Positions 1 to 8,834 of a stretch of DNA of 64,000 nt are shown here, in pieces (the stretch's first letter is position 1; each line of letters starts with the position of its first letter). The stretch is from Tubiluchus corallicola (taxonomy: Eukaryota; Animalia; Priapulida). The stretch spans positions 248,001 to 312,000 of the forward strand of contig JAQGDQ010000265.1 of NCBI GenBank assembly GCA_030141605.1, read 5' to 3'. The notes under the pieces were generated by a model. It was given only the letters and a program-made list of their open reading frames with translations. It searched no databases and was not told where the DNA came from. The position numbers and the translations under genes are program-made.

Positions 1-503
1 CATTTTGACCAATGGCATGCCTGGATTAATCTTTTAACCTGTTAGTGTTACATGGCAAATATGCTTGAGTAGTCATACTGCTGTTGAAAAAACCATGCAA
101 TAGAAGTCTTTTATCACTATTATGCTGTAAAATTGTATTGTGTATCTTCCATTTTAGCCAATCAGCAGTGTAAATTTTTTCCTAATATTGAACAGTAATA
201 CAATTTAGTAACAATAGTAACTTTTAATTAGTTAACAACCTTTCCGTACACAAACTAAGTTCAATAAACACGGACAAAGTTTGTTCCTAATTTTCTAGCA
301 TCATTTTTAGCTCATTTTCTACTTGTTACAATACGTTCAAGCATGGGAGAGATTCAACTAATGTTAATGTATCTTTACACAGTTATTGATTATCTTATTT
401 TTACTTGAGTTATAGGGCACTCGTTCGACTATTATTTCAACTATTGATAATTGGTTCTGCTGCTTTAAACCAGTGTTCAACTACTGCTAGGTACCTACAA
501 ATA

Positions 504-728
504 CAGGATGTTTGGAAAGTCACTGTGACTTTTTCAATCGTGTTTTTTGCATTTCCGCTTTTGATCCAAACAAAATAAGAAGGATTCAAGCCTGTATTAA
601 TGCCAACGGGAGTCACTTTTGACATTGTTTATAATTGTCATTCATATTCACCTCGTGTATTCTATATTAAAACATGTCTGTTAATAAATATTTTAAGTGC
701 ACAGTGACTTTGCTTTCCGAACACCCTG
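504..728. mobile_element. Non-autonomous Tc1/mariner (IS630-Tc1-mariner superfamily)-type MITE
   Basis: Left end TA|CAGGATGTTTGGAAAGTCACTGTGACTT (502-531). Reverse complement of the right end reads TA|CAGGGTGTTCGGAAAG(CAAAG)TCACTGTGCACTT (695-730). Imperfect ~28-bp TIRs, TA on both sides, no transposase. Confidence 0.7.
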
Positions 729-1829
729 TAGATTTCTTAGATTTTGATTTGTATTTCACATATTTGCGCTTGCTTGCCAATTTGTAAAAAGATTAAGTGT
801 CTTGAACTCTACTGTTGACATTCAAAACTGATTTATTAATTGGTGGATGATTGTTTTTTAATTGCTACATTGGCTTTTTTTGTTCTTCTTTTAATTTTGC
901 ATGTTACAGTCTTTGGGTCTACATTCAACTAAATATAAAACCAAGTTACCAAATATTTAGCTTTCTTTCTGTAATATACATTAAATTGGATCGCTCTATA
1001 TTAATTTATTAAGCTCGCGAAGCTGCGTTGTGCGACACGTAACTTCCAGTGACAGCGAGAACATTAAATCTACATCAAATTACATGCTTGCTAACTTACC
1101 TGTGTGCTGTATCGAACTGAAATCGCACGTGACGAAACAAAAACCTAAAGTCAGCAAAAGCTATGTGAAAAGATTAAAACCCAGTGAAATGGTGTAGCAG
1201 TTCCAGACATAGCAAATTAATAACTCAAGTTCAAAGAATGGCACAAGGCCACACACTACGTGTAGTTACGACGGTTGTCTTTTATACAGATAGCGGCGTG
1301 AGATCCAACAACTAATGCCAATGCGCAATGCCAAAGGGTTATAGAAGTCCAGAAAAGTAGCTGGAGCTCTTATAACTAAGTTAGATAGCAATGATGGAAA
1401 GTAATTGTTAAAAACGGGCAACAGGAAAAGCAGCATCAAGACGAATATCCCAATAGACACGAATAAGTGTCTTTGTCCTTTGTCCCTAGAGAAAACCTCA
1501 AAAGACACAGGACGAATTATCCCCAAGAGAGAGAGTGTCCCCGCTCTCTTCATGTTGTCACTAGCCCATCACTTAATACGCTCAATGTCAAATTGGATCA
1601 GTATTGGAGAAGATTTTGCTATATTCTTCCGCCAAGTGCGCCAAAGAGAAGAAAATGCCTGAAGAGGTCCTCTACTTTCCTGAAGTTATTCGTGTTAGAT
1701 CCAACTGGGAGCAGAAGCCTACCTGGATACTGCCTCATAAGAAACAATTTAAGAAGGATATCACTGACAAAGATGCCTCAGAAGAGCAGGAAAATCAAAG
1801 AGGCCAGAGACGCTAATTAGTCGCTCTTT

Positions 1830-1956
1830 AGCACTATCTCATAAACTGTGTAAATAGAAAATACCGAGGATTTGGCTCTATTTATAGCTGGACCCTTTTT
1901 TCAAGTAAAATTAAGAGCTGGTTCAGTACAACGAACACCCCAGCTTCGGGTTGGCA
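1830..1956 (-). mobile_element. IS256-family terminal remnant (IR plus last ~23 transposase codons)
   Basis: 1830-1862 is identical to the reverse complement of the IS256 end at 54794-54826. The minus strand encodes MPTRSWGV..VLNQLLILLEKRVQL*, matching [23 protein letters not shown] of the transposase at 53541-54737. Confidence 0.85.
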
Positions 1957-1969
1957 AGCACACTATTGC

Positions 1970-2113
1970 TTAAAGAGACTTGGAAACCTCCACTTCCTTA
2001 AAGGCTTCAATAAAATCTCCCACTTTTATGTCGTTATAAGAAGCTATATTTAGGCCACACTCATACCCGTGTGTTACCTCTTTGGTATCCTCTTTAAAGC
2101 GTTTCAGAGACTC
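1970..2113 (-). pseudogene. infB: 3' fragment of translation initiation factor IF-2
   Basis: [47 protein letters not shown] is the canonical IF-2 C-terminus (SLKRFK.D.KEV..GYECG). The rest of the gene is absent. Confidence 0.9.
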
Positions 2114-2238
2114 CTTAGAACCACAGGGGGAATGGTGTCTTTTGCTCCTCCCGAAGGCATTCCCATATTGGCACACGACAGGGAGAACACGGTGAATGCC
2201 CAGACACCAGCAGCGAAGTATAGTATTTTTTTATCCAA
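2104..2238 (-). pseudogene. 5' fragment of Bacteroidota Ig-like (Big_5) domain lipoprotein
   Basis: TTG start; [44 protein letters not shown] has a lipobox and the SCA.MG.PSGG.KDT.PP motif typical of this family. Truncated where it meets the infB fragment. Confidence 0.75.
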
Positions 2239-2273
2239 AAGAAGAGTATATAAGTATTTTTATTTTAATGAGT

Positions 2274-3632
2274 TTAGTATCTGGTGTATATAACTTCCAG
2301 TTTAATGGGCTTAGAGCTGTTTCCGCTTTTAAGAATAACTCTTCGCATTGATGACTTCCAGCTATTATGAGTGAGGTAGAATCCCAGGTTTTTTATTTTA
2401 TCACTCTCATCAACTTCTGAGTCCTCACGATTGCTGTCGATCAGGTTTTGTAAATGCTGTGTGATGTTAAATGAGTAAGCTGCATTTTCTGTGTCATATT
2501 GTCCTCCATAGTAGTCGCTTGCCAACTTATAGTCATCTGGGAAATCATACTCTTCATCATTAATAATGTATTTGAGGTATAGACTGCCCGGGTTTCTGTA
2601 TCTCTTTATGTCTGACATCATGGTGTCAGCATAGAAAGTGACTGTTGCCCTATTTATTGTTATATGCGTAGAGTCTGCCCAATCATCTAACGATGGGATT
2701 AAAACTTTGGCTTTGGTACCTGCGCATGGTTGTATGAATATCAAAGAGTCTTGCTCCTGTTCCTGATCGGTTTTACCATAAAAGACGGCCTTTTCAAAAT
2801 CATGCTCAAAGGAGGATACATTGGCGGAGTTTGAAGAAACATTATATTGATAACTTAAAGAGTCATTTTCGTTATTGTGAAAATATAGTTTTAACGCTAT
2901 TGATCCAGGAGATATTCCTATCAGAGTTCCCTTTCTGCTAACAGGTTCAGGCATTACAAGCAGCCCTTTAAAATATTTCAGAAAGTTTTCGTTATTGGCT
3001 ATATCCTCAGGCTCGACAGAGAGTAGCTTCTCTCCAATATCATTATTTAAGCGTACCTGTACATTCTGTGAGATAGTCTGATTATTAGTTGAGTCTATTC
3101 TAAATTTAGGAACAAAGCTACCTGTTCCTATGCTATTGTTCATATTGGCCATAGAAGATAGATCAAACGAAGAAAGGTATATTGCATTCGAGTTTAATGA
3201 TTCTTCAAGTTCGTAAATATTAAATGTTTGTTGTGTTAATGTGTCTCCATAAATGCCGTTATATGTAAATGTAAATACAAGAGAGTCAACAACTGCTTCT
3301 TCTCCGAAATCGGGTTTGCTAGGCAGTCTTAACTGCGCTGCAAAGCCAGCGTCTGTTCGCCCGAAAGCGGGGTCATAAAAGCTTCCAAATATGTTTGTGC
3401 TTGGGGATTCTACTGATACTCGACTGTCAGTAAATGTGAAAGCAGAGTTTGTAGATAATTCAGTTTTAGCATGAGCACTCAACAAGTCTTTATCTGGCAA
3501 TAAGTTAAGGGCAAGGGTACCATCTCCCTTTTTACATCCTGTAAAGAAGGCTGGTAAAATTACAAAAAGAACGAAGGAGGTTTTGTTCCTCCAGGCAGAA
3601 TAGCTATAGCGAGACAATCCAGCCATTATCAT
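2274..3632 (-). CDS. DUF4270 family lipoprotein
   Basis: Lipobox FFTGC, G.FYDP.FGRT.AGF..QL and KL.VIYT C-terminal motifs; directly downstream of the glgA-like gene as is usual in Bacteroidota. Start chosen at ATG 3632 (ORF extends to 3683). Confidence 0.8.
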   Translation of the reverse strand: MIMAGLSRYSYSAWRNKTSFVLFVILPAFFTGCKKGDGTLALNLLPDKDLLSAHAKTELSTNSAFTFTDSRVSVESPSTNIFGSFYDPAFGRTDAGFAAQLRLPSKPDFGEEAVVDSLVFTFTYNGIYGDTLTQQTFNIYELEESLNSNAIYLSSFDLSSMANMNNSIGTGSFVPKFRIDSTNNQTISQNVQVRLNNDIGEKLLSVEPEDIANNENFLKYFKGLLVMPEPVSRKGTLIGISPGSIALKLYFHNNENDSLSYQYNVSSNSANVSSFEHDFEKAVFYGKTDQEQEQDSLIFIQPCAGTKAKVLIPSLDDWADSTHITINRATVTFYADTMMSDIKRYRNPGSLYLKYIINDEEYDFPDDYKLASDYYGGQYDTENAAYSFNITQHLQNLIDSNREDSEVDESDKIKNLGFYLTHNSWKSSMRRVILKSGNSSKPIKLEVIYTRY

Positions 3633-3645
3633 ATAAAAAGTAAAG

Positions 3646-4449
3646 TTACGTAAGGGTGTCGTAAAACTTAGAGTATGCATCAATATACGAACTTTTTGGT
3701 TGAAAATCTAAAAAAGGCTTTCTAGCTTCTTTTACATAGCTTTCTACTTCATTATTGATGGTTTCACTCCCTTTTATGGTTGCATCTGAGTAGTCAATGG
3801 CCAGTTTGCAAAGGTTAACATAGCTTGGCTCTGAAAGTACTGATACATCGTCTGCAGGTATTCCGTCATAAGCAATTTTATTTACAACCTCTTTATCCAA
3901 AGGTGTCTCAAATTCTTCATCGTATATAGAGTATATGACTTGTGAGTTTTCGAACAAAGGGTTGTCTTTGTATATTTTTTTCACTAATAGCGGGACAAAG
4001 CCGGTAAACCATCCGTGGCAGTGTATTAAGTCAGGTGTCCATCTAAGCTTTATGACTGTTTCCAAAACACCTTTTGCAAAAAACATAGCACGTTCGTCAT
4101 TGTCTGCAAACCACTTTCCTCCTGAATCTTTCAGTACAGCTTTTCGCTGGAAGTAGTCTTCATTGTCGATGAAGTAAACCTGCATTCTGGCAGCTTGAAT
4201 AGATGCTACTTTTATTATCAGCGGATGGTCGACATCATTTATAACAAGGTTCATCCCTGAGAGGCGAATAACTTCATGTAGCTGATTTCTTCTTTCATTT
4301 ACACATCCGTACCTAGGCATAAACGTTCGTATCTCTTTCCCACGCTCCTGAATTCCCTGCGGCAAAGATCTGCCTATATCTGAGACTTCCGAACTTGGAA
4401 GATAAGGCGATATTTCCTGAGAAATAAACAAAATCTTCTTTTTTTTCAT
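3646..4449 (-). CDS. Glycogen/starch synthase catalytic-domain protein (GT5 N-terminal domain only)
   Basis: EIRTFMPRYGCVNERRNQLHEVIRLSGMNL and PDLIHCHGW motifs of the short Bacteroidota glgA-like protein. Confidence 0.9.
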   Translation of the reverse strand: MKKKKILFISQEISPYLPSSEVSDIGRSLPQGIQERGKEIRTFMPRYGCVNERRNQLHEVIRLSGMNLVINDVDHPLIIKVASIQAARMQVYFIDNEDYFQRKAVLKDSGGKWFADNDERAMFFAKGVLETVIKLRWTPDLIHCHGWFTGFVPLLVKKIYKDNPLFENSQVIYSIYDEEFETPLDKEVVNKIAYDGIPADDVSVLSEPSYVNLCKLAIDYSDATIKGSETINNEVESYVKEARKPFLDFQPKSSYIDAYSKFYDTLT

Positions 4450-4577
4450 TCGTAGAATGATTTAATCTTTTATACTACAATGAGGACTATTGCTAAATTT
4501 CAACTGTTTTAAAAAGTCTGCAGCAAATAGAATGCTCCATATCCCCTGTTCTTCTCTTTAACTATAAAAATATTTTA

Positions 4578-4585
4578 CAAAGTTA
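4578..4585 (-). promoter_or_regulatory. Bacteroidota primary-sigma -7 element (TAACTTTG)
   Basis: Matches TAnnTTTG upstream of the glgA-like gene. Confidence 0.5.
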
Positions 4586-4654
4586 AGTAAAACCACTCAA
4601 TATTCAATACTAAAAAGTTCTATCGTTTAATTTGGCGCTAATATGGCAGTTGTT

Positions 4655-5200
4655 AAGGAACTATTTTAGAGTGATTTGTTGGATTTGACCTGCAGGTTTT
4701 ATGAAGTATAGCAGAATCAGTGATTATAAAGTAAAAAGATTCACCAACTGCTTTTGTAGTGGTATTGATGCTACAAAAGCTGCTGAGGTTTTATCCTTAA
4801 ATTGAAATAGTGTGTAAGGCGTTATTTTAGAATTTTCAGGAATGAAGTTTGTCAAAACAGATAAGAAATAAATAATTGTTTTTTGGTGATGTTAGCTGAA
4901 GTTTATTTTGGTACGAAAAGCTAGGGGGAGTAAATACGCCTCAAAAAATGGGAAGAGGTACTTAGAGGTAGCCCGTATTTGGAGTTTTACCGAAAGAAGG
5001 TTAGCTAACTTAATGGATAAATTTACATCTGTCCAGCACTTAAAAGAGTGTAAAAGGAGGTGGATAAAAGCCTTAAAGGTAAGGGAACCAGCAAAAAACA
5101 CAGGTGTATTTTGCAAAGACAGAAGCATAATAGTTTTGATAAAGTAGGTTTGTCTTTAGAGATTCTTTTTGAATGAAGGCCAAAAATCTCCTACTCTAGA
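4655..5200 (+). pseudogene. Degraded IS1595-family (IS1016-like) transposase relic
   Basis: From 4701: MKYSRISDYKVKRFTNCFCSGIDATKAAEVLSLN*NSV..RYFRIFR, then remnants resembling the E.YFG and KxRG...VF segments; several stops and frameshifts. Boundaries approximate. Confidence 0.6.
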
Positions 5201-5342
5201 GCTTTAATTATTACAGCTGGCAAAATAAGAGTTTATTTCTAAATAGGCATAATATTTTGTATATCAGGTCTGAATGCTTAGTGTGTCTCTGCTTTTATGA
5301 TTGCAGATAAGTAATAGTTTTTACCGTATTGGTATATTTCTT

Positions 5343-5350
5343 TACTTTTG
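5343..5350 (+). promoter_or_regulatory. Bacteroidota -7 promoter element (TACTTTTG) for panC-panD
   Basis: TAnnTTTG match 24 nt upstream of ATG 5374. Confidence 0.55.
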
Positions 5351-5373
5351 GAGCCTTAATTTTGAATTGTAGG

Positions 5374-6222
5374 ATGAAGTTTTATACGACAAAACAGCAG
5401 CTTATTGCAGCTATTAAGGCTGGGAGAAAGCAAGGGTCATCAGTAGGATTTGTTCCAACTATGGGTGCTCTTCATAAAGGACATTTATCACTTGTGGAAA
5501 GGTCAGTCCGGGAGAATGAAACTACAGTAGTGTCTATATTTGTAAATCCTACACAGTTTAATGATTCGGATGATTATAGGAAGTACCCCCGAAGTATAAA
5601 CGAAGACACTGCTCTGCTTTCCAGCTCCGGGTGTGAATATGTTTATATCCCTGGAATAGAGGATGTGTACTCCCAGTCTGATACCCGACAGTTTCATTTT
5701 GGAGAGCTGGGAGAGGTGATGGAAGGGGTGTCCAGGCCTGGCCATTTTAATGGTGTAGCACAAGTTGTGAGCATTCTTTTTGATATTGTTGAGCCTGATA
5801 AAGCTTATTTCGGACTGAAAGATTTTCAGCAATTAAGTATTATTAAGAGTCTTGTTACACAACTTGATCTTGATGTTGAGATAGTTCCCTGTGAGACTGT
5901 AAGGGAAAGTGATGGGCTTGCGATGAGTTCAAGAAATACGCTTTTGACAAATACACACAGGATGGCAGCCCCACTGATATATCACACTCTTAAGAAGGCC
6001 AAAGAGCTTGTTGGTAAAAGGAGTGTAAGCGAGCTAAAAGAGATGGTTGTTGAGACAATCAATAAGAATCCCTTTTTAGAGGTCGAATATTTTGATATAG
6101 TTGATAGTAATAATTTAAAATCTGTAATTTCGCACAGTGGGCATGAAACGATGGTCGGCTGTATTGCCGTTTTTGCAGGGGATGTTCGATTGATAGATAA
6201 CGTATTTTTTGAAACGATTTAA
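5374..6222 (+). CDS. panC: Pantoate--beta-alanine ligase
   Basis: [51 protein letters not shown] motifs. Confidence 0.97.
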   Translation: MKFYTTKQQLIAAIKAGRKQGSSVGFVPTMGALHKGHLSLVERSVRENETTVVSIFVNPTQFNDSDDYRKYPRSINEDTALLSSSGCEYVYIPGIEDVYSQSDTRQFHFGELGEVMEGVSRPGHFNGVAQVVSILFDIVEPDKAYFGLKDFQQLSIIKSLVTQLDLDVEIVPCETVRESDGLAMSSRNTLLTNTHRMAAPLIYHTLKKAKELVGKRSVSELKEMVVETINKNPFLEVEYFDIVDSNNLKSVISHSGHETMVGCIAVFAGDVRLIDNVFFETI

Positions 6223-6233
6223 ACTTTTTTATA

Positions 6234-6584
6234 ATGTTTATTGAAGTTTGCAAGTCAAAGATTCACAGGGTAACTGTTACCGGAGCAGATCTACAATATG
6301 TTGGGAGTGTTACCATTGATGAGGATATTATGGATGCTGCAGATCTTATTGAGAACGAGAAAGTACAAATAGTAAATATCAATAATGGGGAACGCCTTGA
6401 GACATATGTTATCAAGGGAGATCGTGGTTCGGGAGAGATATGTTTAAATGGGCCGGCTGCCAGAAAGGTTGCTGTTGGGGATGTTGTTATCATTATTTCT
6501 TATGCTATGATGGACTTTGAAGATGCTAAAAGCTGGAAACCCCACCTCGTCTTCCCCGATTCTGAGACAAACAGGTTGGTATAG
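6234..6584 (+). CDS. panD: Aspartate 1-decarboxylase
   Basis: [40 protein letters not shown]. Confidence 0.97.
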   Translation: MFIEVCKSKIHRVTVTGADLQYVGSVTIDEDIMDAADLIENEKVQIVNINNGERLETYVIKGDRGSGEICLNGPAARKVAVGDVVIIISYAMMDFEDAKSWKPHLVFPDSETNRLV

Positions 6585-6686
6585 GATGCTTGTTTTTTGA
6601 TCTTGTTTGGCTGGGGTGCTGGTTGTTTGCTAGTGGAGCTTGTCTATTGAGATCTATTATTGTTTTGATTTCCACTTTTTAGTTTT

Positions 6687-8036
6687 ATGCTTAAAACAAA
6701 AACCATTTTTATTTGCCAAAACTGCGGAGTACAGTCTCCTAAGTGGGTTGGGCGTTGTGTTTCGTGCAACGAGTGGAATACATATGTGGAGGAGGCTGTA
6801 TTGAAAAAAAAGCCCGGACAGCCGTCTATTATTTCTAAAGGACTTTACCCTGTAAATTTACAGGATGTGGATTTATCAAAGCAAGAGCGTATTGACATGC
6901 TGAATGGTGAGTTTAACAGAGTTTTGGGGGGAGGTCTTGTTCCCGGTTCAGTTGTCCTTTTGGGAGGGGAGCCGGGAGTAGGTAAATCTACGCTAGTACT
7001 GCAGGTTGCACTTAGCTTAAAAGGGAAAAAAACGCTCTATATATCTGGAGAGGAAAGCCTTCAACAGCTTAAAATGAGGGCAAAACGTATTAGTAGGCAG
7101 AGTGAAGACTGTTACTTTTTGTGTGAGACCTCCGTAGAGATAATTATTTCCCGTATTGAAGAGTTAAAGCCAAATATGGTAATAGTTGACTCTATCCAAA
7201 CGCTGTCAACAGAGATGGTGGAGTCGTCTCCCGGTAGTGTTACACAAGTCCGTGAGTGTACAACAAGCATATTGAAATATGCAAAGATTAAGCATATACC
7301 GGTCATTTTGATAGGACATATAAATAAGGAGGGTAGCCTGGCCGGCCCTAAAGTTCTGGAACATATTGTTGATACAGTACTCCAGTTTGAGGGAGACAGG
7401 AACTACCTGTATAGAATATTACGTTCGATAAAAAACAGGTATGGTTCTACTTCGGGTGTTTTTGAAATGTGTCAGGATGGGCTGCGAGAGGTGCCAAATC
7501 CGTCGGAGATACTACTTTCTCATAATAATAAGGGGCTGAGTGGCACGTCTATCGCTTCCTCTGTAGAGGGAATGAGAGTGTTCATGGTTGAGACCCAGGG
7601 GCTTGTAAGTTCTGCCGTTTATGGAACTCCCCAACGTTCGGCTACCGGATTCGATCTGCGTAGGATGAATATGTTATTGGCTGTTTTGGAAAAAAGGGCA
7701 GGTTTTAGGCTGATGACAAAAGATGTGTTTCTGAATATTGCGGGTGGCTTGAGAGTTGATGATCCAGCAATGGATTTGTCTGTTATTGCTGCTATTCTTT
7801 CATCTAATTTTGATGTTGCTATTAACAAGCAAATATGTTTTGCCGGTGAGGTGGGGTTAACTGGTGAGATTCGCCCTGTAAGCAGGATAGATCAACGAAT
7901 CATGGAAGCTGAAAAGCTGGGTTTCGAAGAGATATATACTTCAAAATACAAAAATGGCAATAATTTTTCAAGGTTTAATATTAAGGTAACCCAAATTGAA
8001 AGGATAGAGAAGTTGATAAAGCTAATCTTTCGTTGA
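6687..8036 (+). CDS. radA: DNA repair protein RadA/Sms
   Basis: C4 zinc finger (CQNCG...CVSC), Walker A GGEPGVGKST, KNRYG motif, Lon-like C-terminus. Confidence 0.96.
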   Translation: MLKTKTIFICQNCGVQSPKWVGRCVSCNEWNTYVEEAVLKKKPGQPSIISKGLYPVNLQDVDLSKQERIDMLNGEFNRVLGGGLVPGSVVLLGGEPGVGKSTLVLQVALSLKGKKTLYISGEESLQQLKMRAKRISRQSEDCYFLCETSVEIIISRIEELKPNMVIVDSIQTLSTEMVESSPGSVTQVRECTTSILKYAKIKHIPVILIGHINKEGSLAGPKVLEHIVDTVLQFEGDRNYLYRILRSIKNRYGSTSGVFEMCQDGLREVPNPSEILLSHNNKGLSGTSIASSVEGMRVFMVETQGLVSSAVYGTPQRSATGFDLRRMNMLLAVLEKRAGFRLMTKDVFLNIAGGLRVDDPAMDLSVIAAILSSNFDVAINKQICFAGEVGLTGEIRPVSRIDQRIMEAEKLGFEEIYTSKYKNGNNFSRFNIKVTQIERIEKLIKLIFR

Positions 8037-8059
8037 TGGTACGTGCCATACAGGTACAA

Positions 8060-8320
8060 CCCTGCCATCTTTTAATTTCTTTGCTGTATCTACCAGTTTA
8101 AGGCTGTAATAAGCACTAGTGTGTTTAATGCCGGTTTTTTTAGTAGTAATTGCACTTCCAGGAAGTTCGAGAATCAGGTATTCATCTGCTCAGTCATCAC
8201 TCAGGGTCATAATAAAGTCATGTTTTTGTTTTGGCGGAAATTCAGTACAGAAATCCCTTTGTTTATGCCGGCAGTTTTTACTTCCACCACTTTGTTATCC
8301 TCCATAATTTCATCCATCTT
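8060..8320 (-). pseudogene. Relic of the C-terminal trehalose-phosphatase (HAD) domain of a bifunctional trehalose-6-P synthase/phosphatase
   Basis: EIMEDNKVVEVKTAGINKG, then a frameshift, then HDFIMTLSDD*ADEYLILELPGSAIT..KTGIKHTSAYY. This resembles the GNKVVEVK..GINKG / GDDWTDE.LF..LP / TIKVG...T.A.Y pattern with W->stop. Confidence 0.75.
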
Positions 8321-8613
8321 TCGAGGTCTTCACAATCGTGACCGCTTATTATGGCTATTATATTCTTGCTATCTGATTTTAAGGAGTTTAATAGGAAAAT
8401 ATTGCCTCAGGTCTGGCAATGATTGTAGCAGTTAACCTATCTGAGGGAGCAGGAAGTGGTCATCCTTTAAGGGTCAATTTTTGTTGAGATAAAAATTTAC
8501 TATTTGTATATTTTGATCTGATATACAATAAAGTCCTCTGGAGACTTAAAAAAGTGTACGATTCATATTGACGATTATACAGTTGTTTTTGAAGTAGTGC
8601 ATTCTTGGAACAG

Positions 8614-8762
8614 AAGAGGCAAAGGTCAAGCTGGTAAAGGTTTTCTTTATGCTATTTTGTTTTGATGTAAAAGAGCCAAAAAAATCAAGTTTGTAAGTGT
8701 TTTTTACGTTCATTTTGTCTTAGTGCAAAAGAGCCCCAAGGTCAAGCGTGTAAGTGCTTTTG
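8614..8762. repeat. Degenerate tandem repeat, ~57-58 bp period, ~2.6 copies
   Basis: Units start with AAGAG(G/C)C at 8614, 8671 and 8729, each followed by RGTCAAG/AATCAAG...GTAA and (units 1 and 2) ATTTTGT. Confidence 0.55.
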
Positions 8763-8834
8763 ATGAGGAGAAAGGGTATGACTCAGGCTGAAAAAAAATT
8801 CTAGGAAATAGCAGCAGGGTGCTTAAGTAATAGG

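Noticed and set aside
1275-1293. TTGTCTTTTATACAGATAG resembles the Tn5/Nextera mosaic end (the ORF ends YLYKRQ)
   Set aside because: Only 14/19 identity; adapter contamination would be exact.
1266-1820. Four overlapping short ORFs in the left segment
   Set aside because: No recognisable motifs and mutually overlapping; probably chance ORFs or decayed sequence.
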